DNA from: Octopus vulgaris
Taxonomy: Eukaryota
Length of the DNA: 64,000 nt
Assembly: GCA_951406725.2 (NCBI GenBank)
Contig: OX597838.1
Span: 15,376,001 to 15,440,000, forward strand
Direction of reading: 5' to 3'
Numbering within the stretch: position 1 is the stretch's first letter; each line of letters opens with the position of its first letter. Below are positions 49,809 through 64,000 of this stretch, piece by piece. The position numbers and the translations under genes were made by a program. Under the pieces are notes generated by a model that was not told the origin of the DNA, searched no databases, and saw only the letters and a program-made list of their open reading frames with translations.

Positions 49809-50052
49809 GTTCAAAAATAGATAATGAAATAATAATAAAAACATCAAAATAAAACCCAGTAAAACCCCCTCTCCCCCTCCTCCTCTTCCTCCTCGCCCCC
49901 AATCATTCTATTCCAATACGTATATCATTATCTGAAAATATTCCAAGATACTTTGAGCAATTTCTTATGGAATTGGCCAATAGGTCACCCTCCTCCTCCT
50001 CCTCTCACTCCCACCTCCTGGTTGTTGTTTTTTTTTGTTGTTGTTGTTGTTT

Positions 50053-50086
<34 letters not shown>

Positions 50087-50182
50087 TCTCTGTCTCTGCT
50101 TATTATCATCCTTGCAAGCCAACACTGCTATCATCATTTGCAATCATTCCAAATTACTGAGAATGTTACAGTTAGCTGTCTC

Positions 50183-50360
50183 CCACCCACCACTACCACC
50201 ACCACCACCACTTACACTACCGGAGCAGCTTCTGCTGCTGCTGCTACTGCTGCTGCTCCTCTCATTGCTGCTGCTGCTGCAGCTGCTGCAACAGCCATCA
50301 CCACTTCTACTACTGCTACTGTTACTACTACTACTACTACTACTACTCCTACTGTTGATG
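50183..50360. repeat. Mixed trinucleotide cluster (CAC, CTG, CTA)
   Basis: direct reading. Confidence 0.9.
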
Positions 50361-50560
50361 CAGCTACATATAGGTAGTTGATGGATGGCATATCATGTGA
50401 AAGGAATGTATTAACTTTCCAGCTGGCCATACACTATCTTCTGTGCCTCTCTAGATCTACTCTTCTGCCCATCTGTGTATCCCTGTATCCCTATATATGT
50501 CTGTTCATCTATATATCTATCTGTCATTCCACTTATATACCTATACCTATCTGCCTGTTC

Positions 50561-50600
<40 letters not shown>

Positions 50601-50884
50601 TTTTATATATGTAGCTATCTGTTCTTCTGTATATCTATGTCTGAAAGTCCCTTATATATCTATAATTCTTATCTATTTTCCTACCTATAGATATATCTCT
50701 TTCTGTTGATACATCCTAATACACATAATCTTTGTGAGTGTGTGTATATATATATATATATATATAGAATACTCACACACACACATCATATATACATTAT
50801 GTATATACGTTGTATTTCATATGTATATTTACCATGTAAATGAATGTCAATATATCTGTGTGTGTCTATATATATATAATTCAC

Positions 50885-50938
<54 letters not shown>

Positions 50939-51604
50939 GTTCTGTGTATATAACTGTCTATCGATTTCTTTCTCTATTTATCTCTCTGCTTGTCTATCTA
51001 TCTCGGAATTTAACTATCTTTTTTTAATCTATTGGTCTATCATCTATGTTTGTGATAGTTTCTCTTGTTGCAGACATGGAATAAACCTTGGCTTGTATCT
51101 TACTACTACATAAATACAGCAGTGTGTATGAGATGAGGATGGGGTTAGAGGATGAGGGTAGAGTTTACTTACATTCAACTGGTGTGTCATATGATCACAT
51201 TTTATTTATTCATCCAAGCATACATTTACGTAATAGCATAACGCCACACATCGTGCTGTAATAGCCAATAGCCATAGAGAATAGAAAGTTTTTCATATCT
51301 AACTGACTTCTTTGAGGAAGCATTCCAAATGATAAGGAGCTACTTCTGTACCCCACCTCTGTCGATGCTGCCATGCCATGGAGGGAAAGGTGTGAATCTA
51401 TCAGTTTCCTCTTCGCCTTGTATGAATCTCTGGCAGTCAATCAATATTCTTTCAGAGAAATGAAATGAACTAAATAAGTAATAATTGTTATTTAACATCA
51501 AAACTAGGCTACTGTTTTTGGAAGGGGGGGTACATTTGATTATAGAGTGACCCCCATCCCTACTATCAACCCTCAGTATGTAAGATTTGAACACTATTGG
51601 TGGT

Positions 51605-51985
51605 GATGATGATGATGCTGATAAAATGTCTGTTTCTCATGCTGATGTGGGTTGGACAGCTTGATAGGAACAAGGCCAAGGGCTGTACCAGGTTTCATAG
51701 TGTTTTGGCTTGCTTTCTACAGCTAGATGTCCTCCTTTGCTGAGTGTAAAGGGTGCTTTTTACATGGCACCATGACCAGTGCTTTTTACATGGGACCAGC
51801 ACCAGTACTTTTTATGTGGAACCCACCAGCATAAGGAATTTTTACATGGAACAAGCACCTGTGCTTTTTACATGGCACTAGCACCAAGGCTTTTTACGTG
51901 ACACCTTGGTTTTAGGATATCAATTCTGTTCTCGTGAGCGTATATACTTGTGTACAGCAATGCATCACATATCTCAGTCTTTTGT
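51605..51985 (-). mobile_element. Old RTE 3' UTR with expanded ~22-bp internal tandem repeat
   Basis: gtgctttttacatggcaccagcacc-like unit about six times at 51752-51905. Confidence 0.7.
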
Positions 51986-53386
51986 CAATAATAATAATAA
52001 TGATAATAATAATAATTATAATAATAATAATAATCATAATAATTTCTTACATAGAAACAAAGTCAGAAATTGAGGGAAGAGGAGCAGTTCATTTTATTGA
52101 CTCTGTTGCTTAACTGGTATTTTATTTGGTTGGTCATGGAAAGATGAAAGGCAAAGTTGACCTGGATTGAGCCTGAACCTGGAACTGAAAGGGTTGTGAC
52201 TAAATAATGCAAGGCATAATAAATGTTGCTCTATTAATATTGGCAAGCCACCGTAATAAAAAAAAAAAGTTCTGAGGTTGCAGCGGATCAAATCTGAGGC
52301 CTTTAATAATGGTTTATGCTTACTGGCAACCACCCTAGTGCTGGTGCTATGATAAGATCCACCTAATCCATGCTGAAAAGAAGTTGGAGAGTAGTAGTAG
52401 ATAGGGAGAGTATGCAACTGTAACATCCATGCTAAAGATGAGCAGTTTGCTCTGTGGTGTTGTACCAAGTGATAATAAACTACACTAGGTAGTGACACAG
52501 TGTAACTGATGCCAACATGGTGCAATGGATGTATAATGATGACGATGATGTTTATGATGATGATGATGATGATGATTCTTAATATAGACACAGGGCCACA
52601 AATTGTAGGGATGGGATCATTTGATTATATCTAATCCCTGTTCTTGACTGGCATTTAATTTATTGACTCACTGGAGGACGACTTGTTCAAGGTTGACCCT
52701 GGTTACATTTGAGCTCAAAATGTAAAAAGCTAAATCATTAACTGCAACAGTTTCTGCATTACTCATTAATCTGCTGCGGTGTTTGTAATTTATGTGCAAA
52801 ACTGCTATTTATGTATGCAGGGAGTTAGTCAGTCAGTTACATTGACCCCGCACAAATACTTGGCTGGTACTTTATTTTGTCAACCCTAGAGGAGTGGATG
52901 ATAAAGTTGACTTTGATGGGTTTTGATCTTAGAACATAAAGAGCAGGATCAAATGCTTCAAAGTATTTTGTCTGACATGCTGATCCTGTTAATTTGCCAC
53001 TATCACTGCTACCACCACTACTACCACATTTGCTGCCACTACTGCTATGGCAACCATTTTTTTTTTTAATTAGTTACAAGGGTGCATATAGTACAAAATA
53101 TGTTGCACAAAAGAGGTTACAATACCTGCGTGTGATTAGCATTGGTTCCAAATTTCAGCATGAGGCCAGCAATTTTGGGGAAGAGAGTAAGTCAATTACA
53201 TTGACCCCAGTGCCCAAATATACTTCTTTTTTTAATTGACGCCGAAAGGACAAAAGTCAAAGCTGGCCTTGGCAGAATCTGAACTCAGAACAAAAAGACA
53301 GATGAAATGCTGCTAAGCATTTTCCTCAGCTGGCTAATGATTCTTCTACCTTGCTGCATTACACGTGGGTTTTAGTAATATCAACG

Positions 53387-53495
<109 letters not shown>

Positions 53496-53802
53496 TGGAG
53501 TTGTGTGCATTTATACATCTCCAGGTAGTGAAAATATGCTATACAATATATTGAAAGAAATTAAAAGTTTAGCATATAAAAACAAATTAAGGCAACACCT
53601 ATCCATAAAGAGGTAAAAAGCTATCTCTTAGGTAGAATCAGAGCACTGGCTAATCACTGACCACAAACTTTGTCCTTTGAACTTGTCTGTGGCCATCTCT
53701 GTTTTAATCTAAATTGTGAAGTCTCTGACATTTCTTGGTAATGTCCCTTTAGCTGTTAATAAACTGTTAATGTTGATTTCAGCAACTAGCTATCCTCTAG
53801 GG

Positions 53803-54119
53803 CAATGGTCCCCAGCTGGGGTCCATACAAGGTTTTTGGGGGTCCGTGTAAATAAAATAGTAAATTGGGTCCACAGTATTATTTTAAGGGTGCATGAAAA
53901 AATTCTACTATGGATTATATATTTATAAATAGCTAAGTTTCTTTTTGTAATGTTTTACATTGTTCAGCCTATACAAGTGAATGTGTGATGAACAAAATAA
54001 GTATTTTGAAAGAAATATTTTTAAAACTAGTTTTTAAACATCGAACGGCTATGGGGGTCTACCAGAATTGAATAGTAATCAAAGTGGTGGCCATAGCTAA
54101 AAACAGTTGAGAACCAATG
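53803..54119 (-). mobile_element. hAT MITE (family G-related)
   Basis: ends CAATGGTCCCCAGCT / AGTTGAGAACCAATG; TSD ctctaggg / ctctgggg. Confidence 0.78.
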
Positions 54120-55699
54120 CTCTGGGGGTATCTCAGCATTCTTTCTCCCCACCATTTGTTCTGTTCTCTCAGTGTTTCTAGTAACTGTCCTTTTAGATTA
54201 CCATGAAATTCAGGTATTCCAAGAGGGTGTACCTTTATACAGGACTTGTTTTATTTCTGTCCTTTTTTTAACGTCTCATTCTCACCTTCCTTCAGTCTTC
54301 ACCTTTCCCTGTTGTCACCAGACAGTGGAGTATAACTATAGAGCGGCTACATAAAGCTTGATGCTTTGCCTCATTGGCTCTTTAGTGCCAGTGGCACTGG
54401 CACTATACGTCAGGTAATTTTATTTGTGTCCTCTCCAACTATGCTCGAAGCTGTCACTGCTTGTGCTCTGGAAACAGTAATAACAGTAGTTACAGCTATG
54501 GACTACACTGTGTAGGCCTACTGTTGCTATATCTGTACTTACTTCCCTCCTTTTTTTTTTTTTCTCTTCTTACTTTCCAAACTTTGGGCAGAAGGCCTTC
54601 AAATGACTTTTACTCTGAAACATGTTTCCACTCTGCAACACTGCCAGCTTGATTTACATCATCTCCATTCCATCTGTAAGGTGTAGCTCTGAGGTACCCT
54701 CGTGATCTTTAGAGATCATCAGGACCTAGATATTCCTGGTTTTGAATTGTATTTTACTATTATCCTGTCAACTTAGGCAGCATTTTAACCCAAGAGAATT
54801 GAAACTTAAAAAATATTTCAACTGAAGAAAAATTATTAAGTTAATAATTATCATAATGATAATTGTTTCAAATTTTGGCACCAGGCCAGCAAATTTAGGA
54901 CAAGGGAATTAGTTGATTACATTGAGCCCAGTACTTGACTAGCAGTTTATTTTATTGACCTCAAAAGGGATGAAAGACAAAGTTTCCCTTGGCAGGATTT
55001 GAACTCAGAATGTAAAGAGCCGGAAGGAACACTTGCTAAACATTTTTGTTCAATCCTCAAGTCTGCCAATTGGCAAGAAGTGGCAACTTGCATTGGTGGT
55101 GGTGCTGGTGCTGGTGATGATTGGAGAGAGGTATTGGTGAGGAATGGTGCATGGTGATAGTAATGATAACAATACTAATAATACTTTCTAACATATTCAC
55201 AAAGCCACAAATTTCTAAAGAGAGGTTAGTCAAATCAACTCTGCTACTTGATTGGTACTTTATTTTGTTAACGTCAGAAGGATGAGAGAGAAAGTTGACC
55301 TTTGTAGGATTTGAACTCAGAATGTATACTGCCAGAAAAAATACCTCAGGTGTAAACTAAACTAAACAGTGAAAGAAATGATTAATTTTGGCGCTTTACC
55401 ATTTCTACTTCTTCATCGTTGTTAATACTGTGTTCTTGCATTTAATTATGATCTGCATTGGAGAACTAAGCTACGCCCTTCCCTCTGTTTTTGCTAGCAT
55501 GGCTGTTTACTTTAGGCATGAAGTAAAGAAGAAAAAAAGCATACTGACATACATATATGTGTACTCCTATATCTACTTACCTTTCCAGACAAGCTAAGTG
55601 AAAAAGCTGGAAGATACGGAATCTTAGAGATTGGAATAGAATATAATTTAATATATACAGTGAAGTAGAGTATCAGTGACTAGATTTTAGGAAGTGGAG

Positions 55700-55855
55700 C
55701 AGAGGTGAGGGAACCTTCTTCTTATGCTGGAAGACCACAGTGAAATTTACTGCCATCTGATATGGCCACATGGTCATTCTGCTTCTTTCAAACATTGTAC
55801 TTCTTTCAGAAGGATGTACTTAGCCCTTCAGAGGGCCACTGGTTCCCCTTCTCTG
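55700..55855. mobile_element. Old hAT MITE inside a degenerate gtagagtatcagtga tandem repeat
   Basis: TIRs CAGAGGTGAGGGAACC / GGTTCCCCTTCTCTG; TSD aagtggag / aagtagag. Confidence 0.65.
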
Positions 55856-57547
55856 AAGTAGAGCATCGGTGGCCTGATACATTGAAGAGGAGTATCAATG
55901 ATTAGATGTTTGGGATTAGAGTATCAGTGATCACAGTTAATTATGGACAGTATCAGTAACTAGTTACATTGAATGTCAATAACCAGGGTGAAGTTATTGA
56001 TATCTAATACCTATTTATGCTAAATACCATATGTCAAAGATGTTCCAGATGTGATGACTGCCATTTCTGTTTTTCAGGCATAGTGTACCTTGGTTCTCTT
56101 GATTTAATGTTCTTCTTTCTTAAAAAAGAAGAATGGTAGTGTGTGATTTGAGGGGTATTTAGCTGGTGTTTCTAGAAGGTTTTAACAACCACTGTTGGCA
56201 CCTACAAAACTGATGTACCATGTGTGTATGTAGACACTATATCAGATCCTTTTAAGGATTTCTGTTTTGTTGTGGCTTCACAGTGGAGACTTAGGCTGGA
56301 AAGTAGAACATATTCTAATCAAAGTTGGATGTAAAAGATTCATTGGACACAGTGTGAGGCAATTGTTGTCGTTAGGCCTAACTCTTTGTAAAGCAAATAC
56401 TGTCATGAGTGACATCTAGACTACAGTGGAGACGGCAAGAAGGATATTGAGCAAAATCTAGTAACCAGTTGATTTAAAAAGTGGGGTGCACAATGATGCC
56501 ATTGAGAGGAAATCCCCAAAAGAGCATACATTCTCTCCTGATGACCCAATCAGCTTGCTAGCATTCAGTATGCAGAGCTTTGAACTTGTGGCACCTGCAT
56601 CTGCAAGTTGTTTGCAAAAAGTTTTTAAGTAGACGAGCTAGCTAGTATCCCTTTGTCTAGATTGATAGTTTGTCACAGGAAATATTCCTTAGATAATCTG
56701 GTGGTATTCTTGTGATTTAGTAACTAAGGTAATGTAAAATAGTAATCTCTTATGATAATGGCATGATAAAATACACCAAGTCCATGCTGATGTTAAATGT
56801 AACAGTAGAAATTTAATAAAGAGTAGAGAGAGAGAGAGAGAGAGAGAGAGTGAAAGAGTGTGTGTGTGTATAATTACTCGAATCATTCCATAGACAGCTC
56901 CTATAGTGTCAGTGAGATGATGATAAATTTCACTCAGTTTTCGCTAAAAAAAGGAGTTGGTGATAGCAAGGACAGCTAGCTGTAAAAATAAAGCCTTGCA
57001 AAAGAAAAAAAATGGAAGTACAAGTGGAGAAAAGGGAAACTTAGTTGGCTACAGCAATTGCAACCTAAGAAAACCCTGAAAAGAAAAAAATGGTACAGGG
57101 CGGAGGGGATGGATTCTCTCTAGTCCTACCATAGATAGTCTCTTTAGTGTCAGTGACACAATTGACTCAGCATGATAAAATATGCCTAGCATATGCTGTA
57201 AAGTGGTTGATGATAGGAAAGGCATCCAAATGTAAAATCCTTGTTTCCTTCTAATGTCCAAAGAAAAAAGAAAAAAAGGGCATATACCGCAAAGATTATA
57301 AGCTTTTTTTTTTCTTTGTTGCTGTGTGTGTCACATGATGAAAGAAGACATTATAAAACCTATCTGATATTTGCCAGCATCGAAAAATGGATGTATGATG
57401 CTGGTAACTTAGCCAGAAATATGAAATTGCTTGAAATGGATTTGAAACTCTGATCTGTTAGCAAGTTTGTCCATTTACCTGATCCATGTGTGCTGTATTT
57501 GACCATGGCTTATAAAGTGTTATTACCGGCCCAAGATCTTCTTTTTT

Positions 57548-57598
<51 letters not shown>

Positions 57599-57847
57599 CT
57601 TCTCCTTGTTCTCCCTCCCTCTGTCCGTCCTCCAGTATACAAGTGACAACTGTACTGCTGACTCATTGCATTGCATGTAATGAGAGAGAGGGGGGAGAGT
57701 GAGAGAGGTGTGGAGAGAGAGAGAGCATGAGAGAGGTGTGAGAGCTGCCTACATAGTAAATTACACAGTATTTTCACATTCATTCACTCCTCCTACAAAC
57801 AATAATAATGTAGCTGCACCTTGCATTGTCATGTCACAGCCATTCTG

Positions 57848-57890
<43 letters not shown>

Positions 57891-58162
57891 GTTATCCTCA
57901 TTGTCATCATAGTGGATGAGGAGGAATTACTGAAGCTGGTGTATGTATGTATGTGTGAGTGCTTGTTGCGATGGTGATGGTGATGTATTTAAATGTAAAA
58001 TTTCCCTTCCTGTAGATCACAAGCCAGTTTATTTTTCTTAGAAAAGTCCTTTCTCTATAAAACCTCTTTACAACAGATGGAACGCTGAACAAATGGTTCT
58101 GTATTTTGAAAAGTGGAAAATTAGTAACTTGTCTCTTACACTCTATCCTTTTCTCTATTCTG

Positions 58163-58209
<47 letters not shown>

Positions 58210-58241
58210 CTTCCTTCTGTGAATGTGTGCGTGTGTGCACA

Positions 58242-58300
<59 letters not shown>

Positions 58301-59425
58301 TCTTTTATTCAAAGACTAAGAAAAGTCTCACACAATAGAGAAACTCATCACATTAAAATGTAGGGTAATATTTTTTATTTTGCCCCTGGGAGAAGCATAT
58401 GATTTGAAATATTGGTGTTTGCTGCTGGACATTCTTCATCATCACCATCACACCCATTCTCTCTCTCTCTCTGTCTCTCTCATCATTATCATTTAACGTC
58501 TGTTTTCCATGCTGGGATGGGTTGGACGGCTTGACAGGAACTGGCAAGGTTGGCATCTGCACCAAGTTCCATAATTTGTTTTGGCTTGGCTTCTATGGCT
58601 CTGTGTGTGTGTGTGTGTGTGTGTGTACACATATACACATATACATATATTTTTTTAATTAATATTTATCAGAAGCAACAGTGACTCAAGTCAAACCGTC
58701 CAACTCATGCCAGCATGGAAAGCAGATGTTAAATTATGATAATGTAATAATAGAATATACACATATTTTGAGTGTTCAGTTTTTTCCTGTTGCATTACCA
58801 TACCTGTGTATATATATATACATATAAACACACACACACACAACCATAGCTTACTATTTACTTTATTTTTCTCTCTTACACATCTCTTTCTCTCTCCATC
58901 TATATTTCCTTCCTCTTCTTTTTTTTTTTTACCTCTTTTTCTTTTTGCAAAATGAATGCAGAAGCTTGGCTATGTTTAGTTGCTTTCTTGACCGATTTTC
59001 TTCCTTTTACATCACCACCATCACCACCACCACCACCACCAAACCCACCATCATCCTTGTCACTTCTTGATGAGATAACAACTCCGACTGGCTGCGTTTA
59101 GCTGTTACTCCCAATGGATTCTTGTATAAATTACGATTTGTTTTGTTTAGAACATTTTTCTCCTTCTCCTGAAACTAATGAGTTCACACTTTACTCAGCA
59201 GTGTGCCTCAGGTTAACCCAACTGTGTGCCACCATGGGATTGATACAGTAATGTGCCACGAGTTAGGCAGGTATGAATATTGCAGAATTAAAATAGATAA
59301 CCTATTTATTTAAATGCGTAAGGGAAGAAGAAGTTAATGTGTAAAAATGTGTTTATGATTATTAATAGCTGATATATATCTACATATTTAACTATCATGT
59401 GTATAAGTAAATATTCACATGCATA

Positions 59426-59431
<6 letters not shown>

Positions 59432-59498
<67 letters not shown>

Positions 59499-59698
59499 AT
59501 GTATATATGTGTGTGTGTGTATGTATATATGTGTGTGTATGTATATATATGTGTGTGTGTGTATATATATGTGTGTATGTATATATATGTGTGTGTGTGT
59601 ATGTATATGTGTGTGTGTGTATGTATATGTGTGTGTATGTATATATATGTGTGTGTATATGTGTGTGTATGTATGTATGTATGTATATGTATGTATGT

Positions 59699-59732
<34 letters not shown>

Positions 59733-59929
59733 GTATGTATATGTATGTATGTATATATGTATGTATGTATGTATGTATATATGTATGTATGTATATATGT
59801 ATGTATATATGTATGTATGTATATATGTATGTATATATGTATGTATGTATGTATATATATATATATGTATGTATGTATATATGTGTATGTATATATATAT
59901 GTGTGTATGTATGTATATATATGAATGAA

Positions 59930-59974
<45 letters not shown>

Positions 59975-60150
59975 ATATATATATGTATGTATGTATGTAT
60001 ATATGTATGTATGTATATATATATATATTCACATTTATGTGTGTGTGTGTAATATTTATATATATTCATGTATATATGTGTGTGTATGTAACTATTTATA
60101 TTCATTCAGATATATATATTTAACTATATATATTTACATCTGTGTATAAA
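59432..60150. repeat. Compound (TA)/(TG)/(TATG) microsatellite
   Basis: direct reading. Confidence 0.95.
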
Positions 60151-60611
60151 CAAATGTTAAGAGGAAAGTAAATATGAAACCACCAAAATACTCTAAATTT
60201 CTGAAGATTTATTCCATTTTTTTAAAAATTTAATTTCTAGTTGCTCTGAAAAATGTCATTTTAAACCACTTTATAGTGTAAATGTCCACAGGAAAGAGAG
60301 GTGGGGAGAGACAGACCATGTATTTGTGTGTGTGTGTGAAAGAAAAAGAGAGAGAGAGAAGCATATTGTGTGTGAGAGAGTGAAAGGAGGTGTGGATTTA
60401 GGATGTCTTCTATATGTAGTAACGAGGGAAATTAGGAGTTTAATGAATTTATGTTGTAGTTGTGGTTGTTAAGGAGTAGAAAGTGTGATACCACATTTCT
60501 TCAATTGCTTTCCAGCCCACTTCCATTTATTGATATTCCTGGGGATAGAAACATGATTCTCAAACAACTCCCTTTATCCCACTTGTGTAAGAGATACTTT
60601 AATAATAATAA

Positions 60612-61235
60612 TTTCAAATTTTGCCACAAGGGCAGCCATTTTGGGGAAGGGGATGTGTCAATTACATCGACCACCAGTGCTTCACTGGCACTGAATTTAT
60701 TGGCCTGAAAAGGGTGACAGGCAAAGTTGACCTCAGCAGAATTTGAACTCAGAACATAGTGGTAGACGAAATACTGCTAAGCATTTCGCCCAGTGTGCTA
60801 ACGATTCTGCCAGTTCACCACCTTAAATAATAATGATAATCATCCTTTCTACTAAAGGCACACGACCTGAAATTTTGGGGAGAAGGGGTAAGTTGATTAC
60901 ATTGACCCCCACCACCACCAATACTCAACTGGTACTCAATTCATCATCCCCCAAAAAATGAAACGTAAAGTTGACCTTGGCTGAATTTGAACTCAGAACA
61001 TAAAAGACAGATGATTCCGCCAGCTCGCCAATAATAATGGTTTCAAATTTTGACACAAGGCCAGTAATTTGTGGGGAGGAGGTAAGTCATTTACATTGAC
61101 CCCAGAACTCAACTGGTACTTAACCCGTAAAGGATGAAAGGCAAGGTCAACCTTGGTGGAATTTGAACTTAGAATGTGAAGATGGTCGAAATGCCACTAA
61201 GCATTTTGCCCAATGTGCTAACAATTCTGCCAGCT
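60612..61235 (-). mobile_element. Tandem array of three SINE C copies
   Basis: repeated aaagttgacct..gaatttgaactcagaa..ctgccag blocks. Confidence 0.82.
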
Positions 61236-61434
61236 CATCATCATCATCATCATCATCGTTTAACGTCCGTTCTCCATGCTAGCATGGGTTGGACGGTTCG
61301 ACCAGGGTTCTGGGAAGCCAGAAGGCTGCACCAGGCTCCAGTCTAATCTGGCAATGTTTCTACAGCTTGATGCCCTTCCTAACGCCAACCACTCCGTGAG
61401 TGTAGTGGGTGCTTTTTACGTGCCACCTGCACAG
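61236..61434 (-). mobile_element. RTE 3' UTR (family D) inserted at the head of a SINE C
   Basis: (CAT)n then family D body; host sequence resumes accttaataat. Confidence 0.82.
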
Positions 61435-63536
61435 TACCTTAATAATAATAATAATAATAATGATGATAATAAGGAGGTGCAGAGAGATACAGAAATATAC
61501 AAAGAAATATTACAAAGATGTGTAGATTGGGATGGATGGGTCATACAAAGATGAGTGGCATGAAAGACTTAGTAATTGGATGAATTAAAAATTTATGGAA
61601 GACAAATATTTACTGGGAACAAATGAAAATACAATAAAGTAGAATAATTAAAACAAGATGTCTATTTAAAAATTAAATAGCCACTTGCATTGATTAACTT
61701 CACCTTCTACTCCACTTTTGTCATGGTTGGAGATATAAAAATCTTATGTGAAGGGCTCTTGAGTTATAATGGGCAACTGAAGGACCATGTCTCCTGAATT
61801 TTTGAAGTATAACATATTGTAAAATATATATTGTTATGTCTACACTGACCACCAACCTATATTGTGTTGTGAAAGTGACTTCTAGTTAAGGATTGGTATT
61901 GTTACCAGTGTCTTTGGTGGTGGCCTTTGTGTTCCTCCCTATTAAATACTGTAGTGCCAGTTTATGGACATGTGTTCCATGTACAATTCAAGCTTGTACT
62001 TTTGCCCTGTCCTCTGTTTTAAATATGCATAAATGATGCCATATGCTCACCCTCTTGCAATGGGGATGTTATTTAAAATATCTGCCGAGATTGTCCCTAA
62101 CTTATGCTTTGATGGAAGAAAATGTCCTGTGGCCTTGGCAAACAAGACTTGTGATCAAAACGTTCTGTCTTTTTTGTATATCTAGGACTACATTGTTCAA
62201 TGTGTTCTCTCTTTTTTAAAGATAGTAATGTTTGATTTAAGGGATTTAGCTGCTATTTCTAGCAGGTCAAGTAACAAAGTAGCTCTTGAAATTTGTTGGC
62301 ATAGTGCCATTATGACCACCACTCCTACTATTTCTGCTGCTACTTTACCAGTAATACTCTTGACTGATAGATAGAGGTGGTGTGGTGGAGGGTAGATTCA
62401 ACAGAGCATCAGACAAAATGTTGTATGGCATTTGGTTACATCCTTTTACATTGTAAGTTCAAATCTCTCTGAAATCCATTTTGACTTGTCATCCTTCCAG
62501 GGTCAGTAAAATATGTACAAGTTTATAAATTTTGTGTTGGTAAGTAGTTACTGTTATCAACTGTAAGCCCTTTAAGATGATGCTGTAGCATGGCCACAGT
62601 CCATTGACTGAAATCCTTGAAAGAGTAAGTGAAGCAATGTAGATTCTACTGAGAATTGAAATGACAATATGGATTTTACTCCACAAGGGTTTATACTTGT
62701 CCAGTGGTACTTAGTGCAACATTAAAATACAAATTGATACATATTTAAGTTGAAACTCCCTATTGATGTGTATATGACCTCTTGTTGAGTTGGTAATTAT
62801 ATTTTCAGGCAGTCTATCTTTTGCCCGGAGATATTAATTTCTATATTCTTTGAATATGTAATTATTTCAGCCTACCAATTTATATTCTAATTAATACCCA
62901 GAGGTGAGGCACTGGGTGGCTTGAAAATTCTTTAGTTTCTTTTTACTAAGTAAAGTGAAACACTTTTAGACACAACCTTCTTGAGGTCAGTAAGGAGCCT
63001 GTACCTCATCACTGTTTACTAGAAATAGCAAGCAAGTCTTCATGATCCAAACCCTAAAAAAAAACCCAAAAAAAAGACAGGTGAGCAGTGGGGGTGGGTC
63101 ACATTGGATAATCTTGTCCTTAAAACTAAAACTAGAAGTGTCAAAGCTGAACAACTTTTGATCATAAATTTACTGGATCAAGAGCTGACCTGGGGCCTAA
63201 GCAATAACATCAATGTAGTATGGAGAAGAAATGGGTTGATCAAGGCTTGAATGGATGGCATTGACCCTTGGTTTGTTGAACCAGAGTTAACCTGTAGCTA
63301 CACAACAACAATAACCACCACTTAAGGATGTTAATAGTTTATTGGTAATGTCAGAAGTGATTTTATTCCTAATGTTAGTTAGATTGAGTTTCTTCAATCA
63401 GCACAGATGTTCCTCCAATAGTCTGTCCCCCATTGTTGATTTCTAATCTGGAACTGATAGGCACTGTTGATCACTAGTCTGTCAACATGTAACCAGTCAA
63501 TCTCTGCTCCTGTGGGCCATGCGTTTGTCCCCAGAG

Positions 63537-63876
63537 TAAAGGATAAAGATCCCTTTCAGTCATGATTGACCATGGGATTGCACCTAGAAAGTTTCCCTCT
63601 GAGGCACAATTCTAGACAAGGCTGTTTATGGAAGACCAGCAGTCATCCATGCATACCGACCTCCCCTCTCCACACCACCGATGTTATCAAGGGAAAAGCA
63701 AAGGTTGAGAAAGCTTGGCACCAGTGATGTTGCAAATCATTTCTACAGCTGAGTGAACTGGAGCAACTTGAAATAAAATGTTTTGCTCAAGAACACAACA
63801 CACAGCAGAATCTGGGAATTGAACAAAACCTCACGATTTTGAGCCCGATGCTCTAACCATTGAGCCATGTGCCTTC
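63537..63876 (-). mobile_element. tRNA-derived SINE with CORE-like central domain
   Basis: minus strand GAAGGCACATGGCTCAATGGTTAGAGC...TTCAATTCCC followed by ttgtgttcttgagcaaaaca...ttgctccagttcactcagctg. Confidence 0.78.
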
Positions 63877-64000
63877 AACATTTCCCTAATGCATTTGTTC
63901 CAGGCCCAGTAGCAGTGCCCAGCAAAAAGGTCTCTCCCAGCTCTGACCGCCTCTGAGGTGGTCATTCCCAATGTTGGTCAGTTTTAATTAAGAGAAGAAA

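Noticed and set aside
49183-49852. ORFs of 174-208 aa rich in Y/I/F
   Set aside because: (TA)n low-complexity artefact
49953-50430. Poly-Ala/Thr/Leu ORFs resembling low-complexity protein regions
   Set aside because: Mixed trinucleotide repeats with no convincing splice sites or flanking domain
59105-59135. CCAAT plus TATAAA promoter
   Set aside because: Motifs only about 10 bp apart and expected by chance in AT-rich DNA
59397-60149. ORFs up to 224 aa on both strands
   Set aside because: Compound microsatellite artefact

Overview
AT-rich, microsatellite-dense eukaryotic DNA with no recognisable intact host gene. The repeat inventory (several tRNA-derived SINE families, RTE and CR1 LINE 3' ends, TTAA-specific and hAT MITEs, a Helitron, Tc1/mariner fossils, long (TA)/(CA)/(CAT) tracts) resembles an octopus/cephalopod genome; that assignment is inferred from recalled repeat families and was not checked. 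The window looks like part of a very long intron, probably transcribed on the + strand. The only clear protein-coding remnants are a frameshifted DD41D mariner-like transposase, an internally deleted Tc1 element, a maT-like fragment, and CR1 and RTE reverse-transcriptase C-termini. The most notable observations are: (1) a ~185-bp two-copy element ending at (TA)n that carries a minimal type I hammerhead-ribozyme fold with a non-canonical core; (2) a polypyrimidine-CAG|GTAAG site resembling a recursive-splicing ratchet point at 35284/35285; (3) a SINE flanked by a 117-bp direct duplication; (4) several palindromes and inverted repeat pairs that could form dsRNA; (5) two orphan coding-like islands. 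Family letters (A-I) are local labels of mine. Boundaries of old repeats are approximate.
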